A stretch of 64,000 nucleotides of DNA from a virus (taxonomy: Duplodnaviria > Caudoviricetes): positions 1-64,000 of the IMG/VR virus record IMGVR_UViG_3300021387_000299. One strand, 5' to 3'. A program made the translations under genes and the position numbers. Each line of letters starts with the position of its first letter. The first letter of the stretch is position 1. Below the pieces are notes generated by a model. That model was not told the origin of the DNA and made no database searches. It saw nothing but the letters and a program-made list of their open reading frames with translations. Positions 59,562 to 64,000 of the stretch are shown one piece after another.

Positions 59562-60293
59562 TTATTTTCAATTGCCAATAAATCTACCATTTTTATCAAA
59601 CATGACAGGGACAGTATGCTTGCCAATAAATAAGGCACCGTTCTTTCCGAAGAAATACCAGTTCCCATCAAGTTTGCACCAACGAGATGAGGCCATAACC
59701 CCATGATCAAGAACAAATCTCTTAACGCCATCGTCATTAATCCATGCATGTTTCTGCATATAACCTTCAGCGTCAGTATGATATGTCTTGCCATCAACTG
59801 TAACCCATTGATTTCTTACCCAAGAATCACCGAGTTTGCATCTCTGTCCTTTACTATCCTTCACCCATACAGCTTTCTGATCTTGCAATGCGTTAAATCT
59901 GAAGGCTCCAAGAATATCTAACTTCAATTTAACTGTGCAGTATCCGCCATTGCCGCCTTGGTTCTGCCCGAAGATGTATGCATATCCATCCTCTTCGGCG
60001 TATCTTACAAGCATACCGACATGAGAAGAAGGACATGAGCTACCCATTGCCCAGAAGAGCCAATCGCCCGGTTCTAGCTTTTTCTTGTCTGTAATAAATT
60101 TTGCATACGCTGAATATTCAATTCTGTTATACCAGTATCCATCTGCCCAACCAGTTTTTGTAGGTAATACTGGAACTTTAATATACCAACAGAAACGTTT
60201 GAATGCATCAACGCACTGTGCCCCATAGACACCATCATAGTCATCGACTTTCCCATTATATTGGTTAATAAAATCTTGCACTATTTTATTCAT
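59562..60293 (-). CDS. endolysin: CHAP domain plus choline/cell-wall-binding repeats
   Basis: DGVYGAQCVD, HVG, GQNQ; W-rich repeats; ends GN-TGA-K-TAA. Confidence 0.9.
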
Positions 60294-60336
60294 AACATTT
60301 CCCTCCTTTTATTAAAAACAAAGGAGGAAAATAAAA

Positions 60337-60894
60337 TTAACAACACTCCTTTGTTTTTTTACAATATTCTTTATATTTTTTATCTTGATCTGATATTATT
60401 GAATTAATATCAAAATCTGTTGTTTTTCTTTTTACATAAAGTGATTCAGCTCCAGCCAATTCTTCGTCTACATCACAAATCAAGCATCCAAGGAATTGTG
60501 CATCAGCAACTTCGCCCATATTCATTAATTCAATATACATTTTTTGATATAAGGTTTTTGTGCTACGCTCTCAATCTATTCATTTTTCTAAACCTGTTTT
60601 TACCGCATTTCTTTTTGTTGTAGCATCAACATCTTTGCGTTCATATGCATACCAAGAGTTAGGAATTACTTTTGGATCATCTACCGATTTAGTTTTTATT
60701 AATTTATTATGATGTCGTAAATAATATCTATTAATTTCCATATAATTTTGACTTTCGGATAAATAATGATATCTATGACATTCTGCATAACCTTTTAAAT
60801 TTAAAAAACAGTAATAATTAGACATTTGATCGTGAATCATCAAACCTTTTATCATATGTGCACTTAATTCAGAATAAATTTCTTCAAGTGTCAT
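60337..60894 (-). CDS. ferritin-like helical protein, 2 in-frame TGA (joins two track ORFs)
   Basis: GLEK*ID*ERSTKTLYQKMY bridges ORFs 60580..60894 and 60337..60540 in frame. Confidence 0.75.
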
Positions 60895-60895
60895 A

Positions 60896-61306
60896 TTAGA
60901 TTCTTACTGCGGTAACATCAATTGTGCTATAAGTAGCTTCAATTCCCGCATTTCTTAAATCAATTGTTGTTGTTGTAGAACAAGGGCAATTTATATTATT
61001 ATTATCTGGAACTTGAACTAAAGTTGTAAAACTGAATGGAATTTGTGAAGTGGCATCTGCGGCAGTAATTAAAGAAACTGCTTGTGGCTGAATTACACCG
61101 TTCTTCTCTAATTGAACAATAATTTCTCCAGCCGCACTTCCAATTACACTACCAGAAACTGAAACTTCATAAACTCCACATTTATTAAATTGAATTGTTG
61201 AAGTACCCAATAATTGAGTGCTTGTACCCTTTAATAAAGCAACGGTTGTTAATGGAATAATTCCATTAGCGGCAACATTAACATTTTTAGAATATACTTC
61301 TAACAT
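60896..61306 (-). CDS. BclA-C/C1q-like beta-sandwich protein
   Basis: GVYEVSVS...L.KNG..P.A. Confidence 0.55.
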   Translation of the reverse strand: MLEVYSKNVNVAANGIIPLTTVALLKGTSTQLLGTSTIQFNKCGVYEVSVSGSVIGSAAGEIIVQLEKNGVIQPQAVSLITAADATSQIPFSFTTLVQVPDNNNINCPCSTTTTIDLRNAGIEATYSTIDVTAVRI

Positions 61307-61379
61307 TTAATCATTCCTCCTAAACTTTTCCTTTTGATTAAAAATAAAAAGGGCAACTAAATAGTTACCCTTTTATTTA

Positions 61380-62045
61380 CTAAAGTGTTGCTCCACCACA
61401 AGCGCAGAACGGATTTGTTCCTGCGTAGTAAGTGCTTGCACTTGGGTAGCGAACTACACCAGCAACTGCCTGTTGAAGCTGTAACTGGTTAATTTGACTC
61501 TGCATATCTGCCATACGATTACCTGTAATAGCATCAAGAATCTTCTGAGTTTGTGCTGTTGTATTTTCGTTAATTGCGGCAGTATTAATTGCATTTGCAT
61601 AATTTACGCCATCAATTGCGCGAAGTGTCTGGCAGCAACATTCATTTTCTTTTGCTAATAAATTAGCCTGACCAACAGCTAAACCACCAATATCTCTGGC
61701 AAGTTCGCTGTATTTATCACTTAAAGCATTAAGTGTGTCGTGGAATGTCTGATTAGTCGCGGCTACTGCTTGCGCAGTTCCAGCGTTGACGGCTGCGAGA
61801 GTCTCTCTCTGATTTGCCATCATATTCTGAGTATCAAATCCACGATCTACTTGTGATTGTGTCGCCAGATTTTCATAACCGATTGCATTAGCGAAGCCGT
61901 TATTACCCCAGCCGCTAAAGCCACCGCCAGCGAGAATCAATAAAGCAAAAATCCACATCATGGAGTTGCCGCCCCACATATCACCATAACCATTACGATC
62001 GCTCAATAAAGCAACATCACTAGCTGATAAACTTCCATTTTCCAT
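61380..62045 (-). CDS. conserved phage protein with CCC motif
   Basis: GGG-rich TM N-term, ECCCQTLRAIDGVNY. Confidence 0.75.
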   Translation of the reverse strand: MENGSLSASDVALLSDRNGYGDMWGGNSMMWIFALLILAGGGFSGWGNNGFANAIGYENLATQSQVDRGFDTQNMMANQRETLAAVNAGTAQAVAATNQTFHDTLNALSDKYSELARDIGGLAVGQANLLAKENECCCQTLRAIDGVNYANAINTAAINENTTAQTQKILDAITGNRMADMQSQINQLQLQQAVAGVVRYPSASTYYAGTNPFCACGGATL

Positions 62046-62101
62046 TTTAAATTCCTCCTAATTAGTAAATTAATAGTCAAAGTTTTACCAATTAGGATTC
62101 T

Positions 62102-62341
62102 TTATTTTAACATATCCAAAATTGAATTTGGATCTATTCCTTTTTGTTGCGCTAAAGCATAAAAAGCTGTTTTTGGATTACCCCCATATTGATTAATCAA
62201 TCCAGTAACTTGAGGGTTTTGCGCTAATAAATTATTTAATAAAGCTTGAGGATTAGGCGAGTTTTTTAACATTGAAATCATATTATTGTTTGTTGATGAC
62301 TTTGATTGGTTTAGCATCTGAAGCATCGGATTTCCTTGCAT
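62102..62341 (-). CDS. N/Q/M-rich small protein
   Basis: GGNPKTAFYALAQQKGIDP. Confidence 0.75.
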   Translation of the reverse strand: MQGNPMLQMLNQSKSSTNNNMISMLKNSPNPQALLNNLLAQNPQVTGLINQYGGNPKTAFYALAQQKGIDPNSILDMLK

Positions 62342-62660
62342 TGAACGCCTCCTCTAATTTAGTTATTCTTTCCTCTAAAGCAGAATAATCTACACTCGCC
62401 GTGTTTGTAGTTTGAGTTTCAATAGGAGTAATTGTATATCCAGTTACTGTTGGATATGATGCTCCATCTGTTGTTTTTAATCAAACAACTGGTGCTGTCT
62501 CATCTAAAAGTAGTATACTACTATTGGGCGCCATTTGATAAGCATTTGCACCATTTCGCCCATTCACTCTGATAACTTCTTGTCGTTGTAAATAATTTTG
62601 TTGGCCCATAACTCCATAATTTGGGTATGTTGGAGCAGGGTATCCTGAATAATTCATCAT
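62283..62660 (-). CDS. conserved phage protein (TGA at 62481; absent from ORF track)
   Basis: RBS aaggag; VNGRNGANAYQMAPNSSILLLD...V*LKTTDGA. Confidence 0.8.
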
Positions 62661-62768
62661 AAATAAACTCCTTCCATTTTAGTAAAACTTTTCCTATTTT
62701 AGTACCTTTCCATCGGTACATTACTAATAAAAAACGTGATAATAAAATTATCACGTTTTGTCCATTTT

Positions 62769-63320
62769 TTATTTAGCTCTTTTTCAGCTATTTCCATCCT
62801 TTACATAAATTGCAGATACTGTTTTTCAGACTCCATTAACATTAACATATGCGGTATTAATTGTTTTTCAGCTTCCATTAATATTAACATGACTTGAATA
62901 AGTTATTGTAGAAGGTGCTGTCTTAAAGTTTACATCAATGGTCATTTTTCCCATTTTTTCTCCATTTATGTAAATTCAATCTGCTGAATTAGTGCTGTCT
63001 GCTCCGGTATTTGCTTCTCCATGCACTGTATATGTAGTGTTAGCACTTAATCCTGTTAAATTAATAGATCCTAACGGAAAATCATAGCTATCTCCTCCAT
63101 ATACTGTACCTTGGCAAGCAGTTGTGCCAGAGTTACTTGGAGATCCTGTGCTTCTTTTAATTAATCATTTTACATTATTTGCATTAATGCTAGCAAAAAT
63201 ACCAGGAGCTGTTATTCTTAAATATACTGTTGCAGTAGCTGATGATTGAGTAATATTAGAAAAATCAACAACAACAGAAAAAACTTGTAAGCCATCACTT
63301 GTTGATCATGTACTTGCCAT
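62769..63320 (-). CDS. tail-associated protein, 6 in-frame TGA (absent from ORF track)
   Basis: LTGLSANTTY (FN3-like); C-term NINGS*K/NVNGV*K/DGNS*K repeats. Confidence 0.8.
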
Positions 63321-63335
63321 ATAATATCTCCTATA

Positions 63336-64000
63336 TTAATCAGTATATTTTAATCAAACATCACCATTTACTCCGCCAGAAGGATTCGAAGTACTTGCAA
63401 AAATATTTCTTAAAGATCCTAATTTTTGATTATTACCTGGATTTAATAATGGAATACCAGCAGAACTAATAATTTGTACTGCACTGGTGCCGTCTGTAAA
63501 ATTAACATTTCGAATCTTTGTATAAGAATTTGTTGTAGATTTATTGTATACACTATAATCAGTATAGGTAGCACCATAACTACTAAAAGCATTTTCTATT
63601 TCACTAAAAAGTCTATTATTACTATCATTAGTTACTAATAATTTATAGGTTTCAGTTTCTGATGGATCTGTAGAACTTAATGCAAAAGAGCTTTTTGTTA
63701 TTAAACCACCAGGAACGGTAATTTTCCCAGTGGACAAATTATAGGTTGCTCTATTTGCAGTTGTTTTTGGAATCTGCCCATAGAGATCATTATAACTAGT
63801 CTCTCCTGTTGGTGCGGTAGGACTAGTACTCCCAGTACTACCACCAATTAAAGGTAATTCTGCATTTGTTGCATACGCCTTGTAGGTTCTCATTAAAGTG
63901 TTGGTATTGTCATTATGATCAGCATTAGTTAAAATTCAATAAGTTCCATTATAAACAAAAACACTGATTGAATCTTTATGTAATTCGTTAGCATGTGTTA
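63336..64000 (-). CDS. tail fibre protein, partial (continues past window), with TGA read-through
   Basis: VFVYNGTY*IL...GGVNGDV*LKY. Confidence 0.75.

Noticed and set aside
62521-62754. Track ORF 62521..62754(-)
   Set aside because: Wrong frame; the RBS-led gene is 62283..62660 with TGA read-through
1-64000. Phage-encoded release factor 1 or TrpRS supporting the recoding
   Set aside because: No GGQ release factor or class I synthetase motifs seen in this window; they may lie elsewhere in the genome

Overview
64 kb of a large, AT-rich tailed phage genome with a walled Firmicute host inferred from sigmaA-type promoters and a choline-binding-repeat endolysin. Layout: (i) 1-9.8 kb, an array of about 21 tRNAs plus tmRNA, interleaved with many unexplained structured RNAs and small ORFs; (ii) a TROVE/Ro60-like DUF2828-vWA gene; (iii) 11.4-20.4 kb, tail/adhesin genes; (iv) 20.4-57.9 kb, replication and nucleotide metabolism (sigma70, RNase H, gyrase, LigA, SSB, DnaB, primase, RecJ, DnaE, NrdDG, dUTPase, RuvC); (v) 58-64 kb, a minus-strand lysis/structural block. 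Two systems stand out. First, TGA is recoded as Trp. About 40 in-frame TGAs, many at conserved Trp positions, occur in structural, holin, amidase and resolvase genes, while core replication genes use only TGG and end in TAA/TAG. A lone opal-suppressor tRNA(UCA) with an unusual extra arm lies at 58412-58506(-). The supplied standard-code ORF track fragments or misses these genes. Second, four covarying 'AAG-stem-ACAGCAAA...stem-CTTG' RNA elements carry, respectively, an anticodon-like hairpin, a whole nested tRNA-Phe, a circularly permuted tRNA-Lys, and the 5' leader of the TROVE-like gene. Together these suggest a phage Ro60/Y-RNA-like ribonucleoprotein system. All calls were made by eye, without database searches.
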